A stretch of DNA of 61,715 nucleotides, the filler included, from Diploschistes diacapsis (taxonomy: Eukaryota), in the NCBI GenBank assembly GCA_023645945.1. It is 5 parts of 5 records of this genome, joined end to end, with 100 filler letters (N's around TTAATTAATTAA, not from the genome) between each part and the next. Parts side by side here need not be neighbours in the genome. Positions count along the whole stretch, not along the records: positions 1 to 25,865 come from JALAIB010000197.1; positions 25,966 to 29,193 come from JALAIB010001977.1; positions 29,294 to 32,496 come from JALAIB010001979.1; positions 32,597 to 58,419 come from JALAIB010000198.1; 1 more part is not named here. One strand, written 5' to 3'. Of this stretch, positions 24,553-36,297 are shown piece after piece (positions within the stretch are counted from its first letter, which is position 1; every line of letters begins with the position of its first letter). The notes beneath the pieces were generated by a model. It was not told where the DNA came from, ran no database searches, and worked only from the letters and a program-made list of their open reading frames with translations. Made by a program: the position numbers and the translations under genes.

Positions 24553-25309
24553 ATGCCCGGTCAAAAGACGGTCAACTGGACAGAAGCCAACCGCGCAAAG
24601 GTCCTTGATGCAATGCTAGCATTGGAACGCATTAAGGTCGCTCGGGAAACTAGCGAACAGGTATCTTCCACCCGCAGATCTTTTGAGGTACAGTTTCATT
24701 GACCTATACTAAGATTGCAGCTTATGTTGGTCAGTACTTGCTGGGTATTGTGTATAGCACTTCTGACCGTTTCCTGCTATAGGCGACGGATGTACGGCCA
24801 AAGCTGTCAACACCCTTCTGGGAACAATCGGTCCTCGCAAGCGCAGCACGGTTCTCGCGGCCGTGTCGGGAACTGGCGCTGGTTTATCTGCCTCTAAGGC
24901 CAACAATTCTGCTCCTCTGGGTAAATCCAAAGCCGATCCGCTCTCACGTGTCATCAAGGGAAAGGTCACGAAGCCTAGGCCATCTGCTGCGAAGACCAAG
25001 AACGAGGACAACATTTTGAAAGGATTCCAGGCCGAAGTCGATGCCGGCGAACTCCCTGAGACGCCACCAATGAGCGGCGAAGAGTTTGACAATCCCGTGA
25101 TCAAGCGTGAACCTGCTATCCCGGGGAGTCGTCGCGTCTCGCCGCGCAAGAACAAGAGCACCGTTGACTATAAAACCTTGTCTGGTCGTGAAAGCGACGA
25201 AGAGACCATAATAGCGTCGGAAGGGGTTTCTGAACCCACGGATGGAGAGTTCGACGCCATCAAGGAGGAAGTTGCCATCGGTGACCACGAGGAGGAGGCT
25301 GTGTTTTGA
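24553..25309 (+). CDS. Cluster member I: Myb/SANT-like protein; exons 24553-24660, 16-nt micro-exon 24714-24729, 24783-25309
   Basis: Gives MPGQKTVNWTEANRAKVLDAMLALERIKVARETSEQ|IAAYVG|DGCTAKAVNTLLGTI..., which joins the 148-aa ORF (IKRE, SRRVSPRKNK.VDYK.L, IKEE). The ATG directly follows the acceptor of a 5'-UTR intron (24373-24552). Intron 1 needs an AAG acceptor. Confidence 0.78.
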
Positions 25310-25865
25310 TGCCTGTCCGTGTATTGGTGACGTATGCTTCTGGGGATTCTCAGCCACACTCTCGGGGATTACATGGCAGGACCCAACTCAAGATATTTGA
25401 AGAACTGATGGGAGCGTCTGAAGTTCGGCGCAGGGGCATTAATAGTATTCTTCTTGAAGGGGGTATGGAGGTATTCATGGACACAGCCATCAGCATATCG
25501 TGATACTAGCATCAGCTATATCTCGGTCCTAGATGATAGCTACTTGGCCTCTGCCTTAAGGCCCCGACATTAGAAACCATCAGATCAATACTCGATTAGT
25601 CGGATTCTGTACCATGGCACCGCATCCCCTCCCTACACAAATAGATATAAAACTCCACTCCGTGAACCCAATCCCCTCTGTTGAACTGCAAAGTATCGCA
25701 TCTAACCTTTGCACCTGTCTCCCAACTTCTCCTATCCCAAGAACCATTACCGCGAGATGTACACGGTGTATCATGGAGGTATTAACGAAAATGGGACTTT
25801 GAAAATCATAATACATAAGTGGTGAGCCCTTCCCCCATCTTCGCCCCCCCCCCCCAATCTCTCCC

Positions 25866-25965
25866 NNNNNNNNNNNNNNNNNNNNNNNNNNNNNNNNNNN
25901 NNNNNNNNNTTAATTAATTAANNNNNNNNNNNNNNNNNNNNNNNNNNNNNNNNNNNNNNNNNNNN
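25866..25965. other. Assembly spacer (44 N + TTAATTAATTAA + 44 N)
   Basis: An identical 100-nt construct occurs four times; the linker has stops in all six frames. Confidence 0.97.
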
Positions 25966-28900
25966 GAAAAATAAGGACATGTTTAAAAAAAAAGGGAGGA
26001 AATAATAAGAGATTTTAAGAATATAATTCTAGGCGCGTAAATCAATCATACGCCCGTTATTAATAATTTATATCGGCCCTCTGTTCCTAACGCGCCTTAT
26101 TTAGCATCTGTTAGGCCCTATTAATTTTAAATAACTCGTCCTTTTTTAACTTAACTTAATTAGAATAGATAACTTTAAAATGCTATATTTAATCGTGTAA
26201 AGGGTGGAAGACGACAATGTGGCAAGATGGCTGTACGCAGGGCATATTCATGCTAGGACTAATTACTAAAGAAGAGGAGAGAGTAAGAAGGGCAAAATCC
26301 CCCTTCAAGTACCCGCAAGCTAAGATTCTGAGTGCCGCTTGTCCAATTATTGATATGTTTTTTGCTTGGTTTTATAATTATTTCTTCCTTTCTTGTTCTG
26401 GTCCCTTAAAGTTATTTTTATGGTCCTTTCTTTGCTTAATTACTTGCTTTTCTCTTAAATATTTAGAAGACGAGTTCTTTATTATTTTTGTTTAGTTCTG
26501 TTAATAGGCTTATAGGAAAGTATATTACCGACATAGATGGAATTATATTGGTGTTTTAGATATATTAAGCATATTATTTCCGAATTGTTGGTAGTTTGTG
26601 TTAAGGTTAGAGTTACGAAGTGTCGGCGCTGCGTATCGCATCCTTGTGTGGATGTTAGTATTCCTTTTTTTTAGGAGTTATTATTAATAGGATTTTATTT
26701 AAATTCTTTTTATCTTTTGATTACACGTTCGCATGCTATGTTAGCAGCGCGATGTACTTATTATAGTAGGTGTTATGCGTGGCGATCCGCTTTCTTTATT
26801 ATATGTAGATAATGAATCCACATATATTAAGTAAGTAGAGAGGTATACGAATAGATAGAAACGGGAATTAAAGTCGAAGTCGAATTCCTTATATGTTTTT
26901 TACTTATATTTTGTTATACTGGTATTCCCGCGATTGTTATTTCCATATATTAATGTATATATAGGAGGCCCGTTATTCCCGTAGAAATAACAAATTCTCT
27001 TATTGTTATTAATAAGGATGTTGCTAATGGTATTTTTTCTCGTATGGAGTATACGATACTCGAATTGATCGATACAGTTACGTTAAGGCTGGCGGAGATA
27101 TAGAAGTAAGGATAGGCCATGCTTAAAGCTTAGAGAAACATAGCCGACAGTTTATATTTTATTGTTATATTAATGTAGAACCGGGAGCGTTCTTTTGAGC
27201 GTTTTGTCGCTTTACGATGTTTTGAGACGCCTATTGTTTTTACGATACGTGCGTCCTCGTTTTTTATTAATAAGCTCGTTTATTCGTAGGGTTATACTTT
27301 TCGCGTATTTAGAAAAGGGTAGGAAGGTAGGTCTGGTAAAAGAGTAAGGTTTATTATATATGCTAGAGATAGGACTTAGGATATTAATGTTTCTTTTTAT
27401 TAATTTAAAGCGTATATGCCTGTTAATAATCAAGCTCGCATTAGGATTTTATTAATAATAATATAATATTACTTAATGTAGTTTTAGCCTTCTTTTAAAT
27501 TATGGATGAACTGCTTTATAAATTTCGAATATATTCGTGGCATTCTTAAGTCAGTCTATTGGTATTTAGTTATTATATTCTGGCGGTCAGCCCTTCCATT
27601 GTATTTTGTATTATAGGACCCCAGCTTTTAGTCTTTTGTTCAATATTTTTTTTACCTTTCATTCTTCTTCATCGTCTATAAGATCTAGAGGTAGGAGATA
27701 TTCGTTATTATTAAGCTTATTTCTTGCAATATAAGGCTCTAGGAGCGATATATTAAATATAAGATGTATTTTGTTATATTTAATTAATAATGTTAATTTA
27801 TATATCTGCGATCTCGTTGTTCTTATAATGCGAAATGGCCTAATATATCGATGCGATAATTTCTTGTTCGGTTTTCTTTGGTTCAGATTCTTTATAGATA
27901 GCATTACTAAATCTTCAATTTTATAACTTTTGGGTTTATATTTTAGGTTAAAATATCTCTTTTGCTATTGTTAAGCTTATATTAGGTTTTATTTAAGCTG
28001 TTGTCTTGTTATTAACATGCTTTAAACTCGTTTTGCGGCAGTTGGTACTTCTCTTTCAATAATTTCGTCCTCGAAATTAAAAAAATTCAGTTCTTTTCTA
28101 TAAACTACTTTAAAGGGACTTATTTCTATACTCGAATGCTTGTTAGAATTATATGCAAATTCTGTAGCTGATAATAGTTCAGGTCAATTATCCTGCTGCT
28201 TTATGTAGTATACTTGCAGGTAATGTTTAAGCGTTTGATTCTGTCGTTCGGTCTGATTATTAGTCTAAGAATAAAAAGTAGTACTTAGTTTCTGCTTGAT
28301 TTTCATTTGGTAGTAGATTTCGTTTTAATACGCGTTTGTGAATAGCGATCCTTTATCTAACACGATATTTTTAAATATATTATATTTGTACACGATTTCT
28401 TGTATGAATAATATTATTAGTTTAACTGCTGTTAATGTTTTTGATATATTAAAATATTTTATTATTTTAGAGTATTTATTTACGATTATTATGATCGCGT
28501 CGATAGCTTTCTCGTTGTAACGATCCGGCGGAATACCGGTAATAAAATCTATAGTTAATTCCTTTCAGATGTCTTTTAGGACGGGTAGAGAATTGAGATT
28601 ATTATAAATTTTATGTCGATAAATTTTGATTTTTTGATATATATTATAACTGGCAATATATTTTTCGATTATTTATCGTATATCTTTTTAATAAAAGTTC
28701 TTTTTTAAGAGATTAAAGGTTCGTTTTACTTTAAAATGTCCTAACGTTTTATTATTATAATATAATTTAAGGAGTTTTTGTTTTATAAACGCTTTTTTTA
28801 AAACATAGATTTTTTTATTAAATTTTAGGAGATTATTTTTATTAATTGATTATTCTTGTTTGCCGACTGGTTTCTTATTATTGTTATATTTTAACGTTGT

Positions 28901-29193
28901 TTTTTTCGTTTCGACGAATTCGTCGTCTTTTTAAAGTATATTTATTGCGTCTCGCAGGCTTTTATTAAGAAATTTATATACCGTTTTATATATTATAAGT
29001 TTATTTATATAGGCACGTGGGACGAGCTGTTTGTAATTAATAGTCTTATCGATAAGGTATAATTATTCTATTGTGTCGCGTGTATCTCGAGCTTGCCGAT
29101 TAAGGTCAAGTCTTTTTAAGATTTTATTTTTAGGTTAAAATTTTTTAAGCTTTTAAAACATTACGTCTGCCTTATTACGGGTATGTTTTATTA
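25966..29193 (-). mobile_element. RIP-degraded Ty3/gypsy (chromovirus-type) LTR retrotransposon, 3' part: integrase, GPY/F module and chromodomain
   Basis: Minus-strand relic motifs ELTIDFITGIP, IVLDKGSLFT, TNNQTERQNQTLKHYL, TEFAYNS, KKLSHRYIRPFRI...IHLIFNISLLEPY, and chromodomain-like EEE*KVKKILTKR...YKIQWKG*P. Very AT-rich with many TAA/TAG stops. The extent toward 25966 is uncertain. Confidence 0.9.
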
Positions 29194-29293
29194 NNNNNNN
29201 NNNNNNNNNNNNNNNNNNNNNNNNNNNNNNNNNNNNNTTAATTAATTAANNNNNNNNNNNNNNNNNNNNNNNNNNNNNNNNNNNNNNNNNNNN
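29194..29293. other. Assembly spacer
   Basis: N44-TTAATTAATTAA-N44. Confidence 0.97.
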
Positions 29294-29295
29294 GG

Positions 29296-31007
29296 AACGG
29301 GGTCAGTCATGGGTATTGGAAAGATCTGCTAGATATCCTGGTGTTGGCTGTGAATGACGAGTTGGAGGCGAAGGGGAAAATCAACAAGGTGCTGCATGGC
29401 AACAATGAGCAGACGAAGAAGCATGGACGAAAGAGGAAGAGGGGCGCTTGTGAAGATTCCGAAGACGAGGTGGAGCAGAAGACTTCACCCCGCGAGCGCG
29501 TACTAGATCAGCGCCAAACGGCAAAGATGATGAAGCACCATCTGGAGAAGTCACGGCACGACAATGCTCTGGGCATATGGGATGATGAGCCATTCTATCG
29601 GTACCTGCATCTGTCCGTTGCCAGGCTTTTCGCTGCGCAACTCAAGCTCGACAGGGAGCGCTTGGACTCCGGAGACAGTGTCGGCAGGTCGAAGATCTCC
29701 TTGGCCGCGAAGTGGGCTCCTAGCTTGGAGGGCTTCCATGACAAGCACACCTTCATCGCCTCTTCGATAGCCGAGATTCTGTACCCTCGCGATCGCTTCC
29801 CACCGGAAGAGTCAAGAGAGATGTACCTGAAGCGTGCACGCGAGGCGTATCGGGCAAATTACCTCTCTCCCCTCAGACGGCATCTGGATGTGGTGGAGCG
29901 CAAGATCACCGAGCAGGCCTTTGCCAAGATCAACTATGCCAAAGTGCCCTCCCTTGCGATGGACGCCTACAAGGATCTCTTCGTGAGGAAGGACTTCGCG
30001 CACTACGAACGGTACATTGAGAAGGTCGCAGCCGGCAAGGCGAGCATCAGCGGCGCCATCCTTACTCCGGGCTCGCTGGTCAAGCAAGCCCGTGTGGGGC
30101 TTGGCGTTGCGAACCTCGCTGGCGCAAAGGGTCTTATGGCGCAGAAGATTGCCGCGGTCATGGGGAAGACGCTTGACGGGCAATGGAACTCGCTCGTCCA
30201 GCGCATGAAGCACAACGGCTCCCTCTCCGGCACGATGGCCGTGTGCGATGTCTCGGGTTCAATGACGCACCCGACGTTCTCCGATCGAACGTGCCCGCTC
30301 GACCATTCCATAGGCCTGTCCCTGCTCATCGCTGAAATCACAGAAGAGCCGTTTGGGGGGTGCTTCATCTCTTTTAGCACCGTTCCAAAGGTTCACAGCG
30401 TAGGCGGTCCCTCGGACAAATCTGCTCTGAGCGAGAAAGTGAAGAAGATCGCGGAGAGCAATTGGTCGATGAACACGAACTTTGTAGCTGTCTTTGAGGA
30501 TCTTATCCTCCCGCTTGCCAAGGAGAACCGCATCAAGCAGGAGGATATGGTGAAACAGGTCATTGTTTTCAGCGACATGGAGTTCGACGACGCGCAGGGC
30601 AACGACTCATGGGCTGATTTTCGTGCCGCGACGGCTGATTTTCGTGTCGCGACGTGGGAGTCCTCGTATGAGCGGATCAAGCGCAAGTACAAGGAGGCTG
30701 GATATAAGATGCCACGCCTCGGTTTTTGGGATCTTGCGGGGAGCCATGGCTACGACGCTGTTGCTGCGAAGCCTGTGACGAAAGAGGAGGGAACTGTTTG
30801 ATGGTTAGCGGATACAGTCAGGCTATGCTGAAGATGTTCCTGGATAACGGTTCTTTCGAAGAGGAGCTCGAGGAGGAGATAGAGGTTACAAAGGATGAAA
30901 ACGGGGAGCTGTTGGTGAGAGAAGCTAAGAAGAAGGTAAATCTGATGTCCGGGCTGTGGAAGGCTATTGGCCACAAGGCATATGATATGTTGAGGGTGGT
31001 TGACTGA
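29296..31007 (+). CDS. DUF2828-like protein with C-terminal VWA (MIDAS) domain; 5'-truncated by the gap, frameshift near 30790-30801
   Basis: HGYWKDLL, ISLAAKWAPS, YLSPLRRHL.VVE, Y.KVPS.AM, MIDAS-like VCDVSGSM, VFSDMEFD, MP.L.FW.L. The expected tail VSGYSQAMLKMFL...KA+..KAYDML.VVD* lies in another frame (ORF 30726-31007). Confidence 0.8.
30612..30653 (+). repeat. In-frame 21-bp tandem duplication (ADFRAAT/ADFRVAT)
   Basis: ggctgattttcgtgccgcgac ggctgattttcgtgtcgcgac. Confidence 0.9.
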
Positions 31008-31824
31008 CTTGCGAGGTCTGTATCCATTTACATACCATTGCATTCTTGCAGAGCTCCTGCTTAGCGCTGGCGTCCGAGGGTGTAGGGTTTGATATCTTCC
31101 TGGTGGTGTTATGTGCTAAGTCTGCTTGATAAAAAGTGATCTCGTTCCACCGAGCCGCTGATGTATTCGATACTGGTTTCAGTCATCTAGCATCTTAACT
31201 CCTGTTAATAATGAACCACTTTGCTCCCGTATCCATCCAACCGGCATGCGCTGCTGCAACGGTACGAGAAATCAAGGTTGTAGGGACTGCAGCTGCGATA
31301 ACGTAAGACCTAAGATCTTGTTTTCCTTCGATCAAACCAAGCCTTCCTTCGCTCTTGCTATTAGCCTCTCGTATTGTGAGTAGAAAGGTGTGAGCACCGA
31401 GCCACATTATCAATTATATACAGCCAGAGCGCCCCCAACATATCCACCATCCCATTCAGCTTCGTTCTCTCGCGACCCAGGATACTTCTAAAGCACTCTC
31501 CAGCTCCTCAAACTCTAGCTCGGCCTATTGTATTGTCAATATGCTTATAGCAGCGTTCCCAAATCGATCGACAGAGAAGACTGGTAGAGGCTTGCGTAGA
31601 TGCGTGCTGTGATTTGGCGACGCACATCTAGAGAAGTTGATTAAGATGCAAGACACGACAACACGACAGGATAATTCTAGCCACCGAGAGTCTCGAAAAG
31701 GTACTATGCATCTCTCTGGTCGCCTGTATGGAGCTGAGACGAGAAGCAAGTTCTGTGGAAGCTATACGACGAGGAAGCTGAAGAGATGATGAGGTTGGAT
31801 GAGATGAAGGAGAAGGAAAAGAAA

Positions 31825-31941
31825 AGAAGAAGAAGAAGAAGAAGAAGAAGAAGAAGGAGACGAAGAAGAAGAAGAAGGAGACGAAGAAGAAGAAGAAGGA
31901 GACGAAGAAGAAGAAGAAGGAGACGAAGAAGAAGAAGAAGA
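31825..31941 (+). repeat. (GAA)n microsatellite with nested 21-bp unit GAAGAAGAAGAAGAAGGAGAC x4
   Basis: Directly visible purine-rich run. Confidence 0.92.
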
Positions 31942-32358
31942 CGGCGAAAGGTTGCAAAAAGGGAGCTAGAGATGGAGGAGGCAGTACCCCAAACACCAGA
32001 AGAATGGAGAATATGAAGAAAAGGACCGGCAGGAAGGTTGGGGAGGACAGTGTGGAAACGGGGAGGAAGAGGACAATGATCGGTGAAGACGACGAATAGA
32101 GATATCGGGGACACAGACCGATTTTTAGTATCAACAAGATAGGTCGAGCGTATAATATCGGATCAATAGTCTGTAAATTGCTGGAGAGTGTAGAAGATCA
32201 TGGGTTGGATGATAGAAGATACAGAGCTACTACCCCAAAAAGCTAACGACAACACTCTGACCGGGGACAAGAATGCGGTGCATTTAGCAAATGATTTTGA
32301 TCGCTATCTACACGCCAAACTGGCAAGTACTTTTACATAGTATTCCAACAATCCCATC

Positions 32359-32399
32359 CTCACTTCACTTCACTTCACTACACTTCACTTCACTTCACG
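32359..32399 (+). repeat. (CTTCA)n pentanucleotide microsatellite
   Basis: ctcacttcacttcacttcactacacttcacttcacttcac. Confidence 0.85.
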
Positions 32400-32496
32400 C
32401 CTTTCCGTCCGCTTCCTCACCCACAACCCATCTCCACCGCCTCCTCCGACATTTCAACTCCCCGCCTCCCGCTCCCCCCCACGCACCATCATGTAT

Positions 32497-32596
32497 NNNN
32501 NNNNNNNNNNNNNNNNNNNNNNNNNNNNNNNNNNNNNNNNTTAATTAATTAANNNNNNNNNNNNNNNNNNNNNNNNNNNNNNNNNNNNNNNNNNNN
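32497..32596. other. Assembly spacer
   Basis: N44-TTAATTAATTAA-N44. Confidence 0.97.
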
Positions 32597-32989
32597 ACAT
32601 ATAATGTAATCAAAAAAAGGCCGAAGAACGGGGTAGTGTAGTTGAGAACAGATTTAGCTTCGTACAAATATGGAAGCGCTCGATCTAGCGCAATTACATT
32701 ATAATGTAGTGTTCCGCTTCGTGGGGTGTTCCGTTTCATGGGGAAACACGTTAATCTAATGATACAATTATTTACCAAGTTCCCTTCGAATGACGAATTA
32801 AATCTGTTTTCCGATTGTTGGTTTTTAATAATATGATGCTTATATTTATCAGCTGAAGCTAAAATATTCTAATACTTTTTTATAGACTTTCAAAACTACC
32901 TCTCTGGATGAAATCAGCTTACACACAAGTATTAATCCCAAATCAAACTTTAAATATTACGACATGGTGTCCTTATATAACATAAAATC

Positions 32990-33105
32990 CCAGTAATATT
33001 ACCCCGTATATCTCATTATTCCGCATACCTGGCGACCTATTAACCTAAATAAAAACCCTTGCCGATATCGAGTGCCGATAGTTGCGCCGAAAATAGCTAG
33101 CCGCT
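32990..33105 (+). repeat. Dispersed repeat copy 1 within AT-rich, probably RIP'd DNA (32597-34020)
   Basis: cagtaatattaccccgtatatctca...cgagtgccgatagttgcgccgaaaatagctagc aligns by eye to 41863-41966. Confidence 0.65.
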
Positions 33106-34347
33106 TTAGAATTAGGCCAGGTTGTTAAACTTAGAATAAAAGAATTTTTTTTAGAATGGTGGCAGGTTTCTTCTTAAAGCCCAGGGAAGTTTTACGGCAA
33201 ACAATTGTATACAAAGTCATTAAGGTAATTCAATTTCAGCTGACAACTGTTACGATCTAAGATATCCACCTTGGCACGTCTTAATTATTTATTGTATTTA
33301 AATACATTTTGCTATGGAACATCCTGAACGTTTGTGGGTTCAAGGGTTGAACCCCGTAGGGCTGGGCTGACCTGGGGAAGTATTTGTACCTCGCTAATTC
33401 CCACCTAGTTAGTTCCTTCTTCACCTTTTCGAATCTGAACCATTCAGCCTACAGATGCCCAGTTACACGTAATCCTTCCGGATCAGGCTCAGCCACCGGT
33501 AGTGTAGCACCTATTCCTGTAGGGGCGTTCTACGCTAGTAGGTAAACAGCATTATGTGATTTATTTATTGCTCGCGTTTATTTTTATAAACGGCGAACGT
33601 ATATCGTTATTTATTCGACGTTTACATTTACGTTAATAAACGGCAAACGTTATAATTATTAATTCAAGGATTTTATTTTAAATAATAAACCGTGAGCGGC
33701 TAATAATAAGAACTGTTATATACTTTCACGTTTCGGTGCTTTTTTGAGTTCGATATAAAATATTTTAAATTATTTTAATAATAAATTAATAATATTAATA
33801 TCTTTTATTATTCTTTTTAATATTTCTTTTATATAACGAGATCAAACCTTTGATCGATACCTCGTGTCTACTTAATTGCAAATAGAGATCATCACAACAA
33901 CGGGATTCATAGCTAGCACAATAAATCATTATCATTATTTATAAAAAAATATTCGCAACATTTGCTGTATAAGTTTACGTTATTACTTAGGGCGGAGATA
34001 AAAAGTTGCGTTAGAAGCTATTGCATATATTTCAAGTGATATTGCTAGCCTTGCCTAGCCCATTACATTGTCTCAGATGCAGTTACACAATCAAACTCTC
34101 TTCTACAACTCCGACTGACAGGGGAATCGAAAGGGACCATGGCCTCCAATGGGCAGCCTCAATTCCTTTTATTTCTAAATATATTCTCTCCGGTTTTCCT
34201 TGCTGTCAGATCGTCCGAGAGCTCGTCCAGCATCAGGGTTTCCATTCAAGCTTCTTTCTACACGTACCATCAGTGTCTATCTACTTCCAGTGGAAGTCTA
34301 TCTGGTTTTCTTTCATACTATTGAATTCGATCTTGCAAATCTTGTGG

Positions 34348-36297
34348 ATGGAAATGGCTCAACCCGCCCTCATGCTCCAGCATTTAGAAAGTCACGATGG
34401 CAAGCCTTCAGCCGCCGCCATGGAGAATTCCTCAGCTGGAACCAGCATGGACAGCGATGACCTTACCTTGGCAAGGTTGGGCAAAAAGCCCGTTCTTAAG
34501 GTATAGCAATTCCTCTACATTAAGTTACTACACCAGCTGACTGCAGTTCGTTTTTTTGCCAGCGCAACTTCGGGCTCGTTAGCATGATCGGTTTCTCATG
34601 TGGCCTAATGTGCACTTGGGAGGGAGTTTTGACGTGCGTAACTGACTTCTTATTGAAGGCCCAGCTAAGAAACGCAACAGGAATTTCTTCCTAGGATATC
34701 AGAAGTACGTCACGGCTTTAATCCGAGAGTACCGTCGAATGGGCAAATACTCGATACTGATACCTGGGGCCTTAGTGGAGGCCCTGGAGGCCTGATTATT
34801 GGGTTCCTTTTTAACTGGGTTGGCGTGACGTCCACTTTCCTCGCTATAGGGGAACTCTCCTCCATGTATCCTACAGCTGGCGGGCAGTATCATTGGGTTG
34901 GAATCTTGGCTCCACCGTCACACCGGAATTTTTTAAGCTACATCACGGGTGCGTTAGCCCCCAAGCTTCTGGCCATGATAACTAAACTGAAAAGGCTGGC
35001 TCGCGGCATCCGGCTGGATAGCCACATACGCCGTAACGGGGTATGTTGTAAGTGATTTGATCTTGAGTACTATATCGCTCATCCATCCGGACTTTGAAGC
35101 CACTGGATGGCAAGGCACACTATCATTCTGGGCAGTCCTTCTATTAGCGACGGTCCTTAACACTGTTTTCAGCAATGCACTTCCTTACTTGGAAGTCTTT
35201 ATATTGATATTCCACGTGCTTGGTTTTGTGGCCTTTATGATACCCTTGGTTTACCTTTCAGAGCACAATACTTCCGAACAAGTCTTTTCTCTATTTGTGA
35301 ACGGTGGTGGTTGGTATACCTCGGCATTCGCCGTTTTGATTGGGTTGAATGGAAATGCTGGCGCGTTTGTTGGTGAGTGCGACCTGTTGTAAGCAGGTCT
35401 GAAAGAGAGAGGCTCATGAATTAACGTGATTACAGGTACAGATGGGCCTGTCCATGTAAATCTTTGGCGGCCCCCAATCAATCGCGAGTCAGCTAACGGG
35501 TATAGATGTCGGAAGAAGTCCAAAACGCTGAGAAGAGTGTAGCTCGCTCGATGGTTGTGAGCCTGGTTCTGAATGGAGTTCTTGCATTCGCGGTCCTATT
35601 GGCGGTGCTTTACACCAAAGTCGACTACGATTCGGTCGCCGCTGCTCAGTATCCCTTCGTGTTGATTGTTGCTCAGGGCACCCAGTCCCTTGGTACGGGT
35701 GTGACCATGGCGGTAGTGATTGCTATATTACAATTCGCAGCCTGTGTTGGCGCTCTCGCTTCGTCATCCCGAATAGTGTGGTCGATGGCGCGGGATAGAG
35801 CGCTTCCCGAATGGCAATATCTTCGCAGAATCAATCCCGCAACGACGATACCCCTTACAGCCATACTTACCATTGTAGTCATCACAATGGCCCTTGGCTT
35901 AATCAACATTGGCAGTACCACCATCTTCGATGCCTTCATATCTCTGCTGTTAGAGGCGCTTTACTTGTCGTATCTTATTGCGCTAGTGTTGCTGTTGAAG
36001 GGAAGAATCTCTGGGCGCATAGGACCCAATGGCGCTTTCAAGTGGGGACCCTGGCGCCTCCCAGGACTGATCGGAACACTGAATAACATATTTGCCTGTT
36101 TCTACTTGGTCCTTATCTGCTTCTTTGCTTTTTGGCCAAGTTCGTTGCCGGTGACGCCGGAAAATATGAATTTCAGCGTCGTTGTCACAGGCGCTGTTGT
36201 GCTCTTTAGCTCGATTTTTTATTTCGTCTCGGCCCGTAAGGTCTACGGTGGCCCTCTGAAGGAAGTCGACGTGGACGAGAGCAATTACGCTGCTTGA
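34348..36297 (+). CDS. APC-family amino-acid/choline/GABA permease (Hnm1-like), multi-exon; start codon uncertain (34348, 34354 or later)
   Basis: LARLGKKPVLK|RNFGLVSMIGFS...TWEG, NGGPGGL, ELSSMYPTAGGQYHWV, G|TDGPVH|MSEEV.NA, SSRIVWSMARD.ALP, F.FWP...PVT...MN. Six GT-AG introns restore one frame; many TM segments. Confidence 0.92.

Noticed and set aside
31628..32137. Poly-Arg, poly-Phe and poly-Leu ORFs
   Set aside because: Products of the (GAA)n microsatellite, which is stop-free in most frames. No supported gene model, although the flanks could belong to a decayed gene.
33336..33354. Hairpin GGGTTCAA-GGG-TTGAACCC
   Set aside because: A single 8-bp inverted repeat in degenerate DNA; expected by chance in a window of this size.
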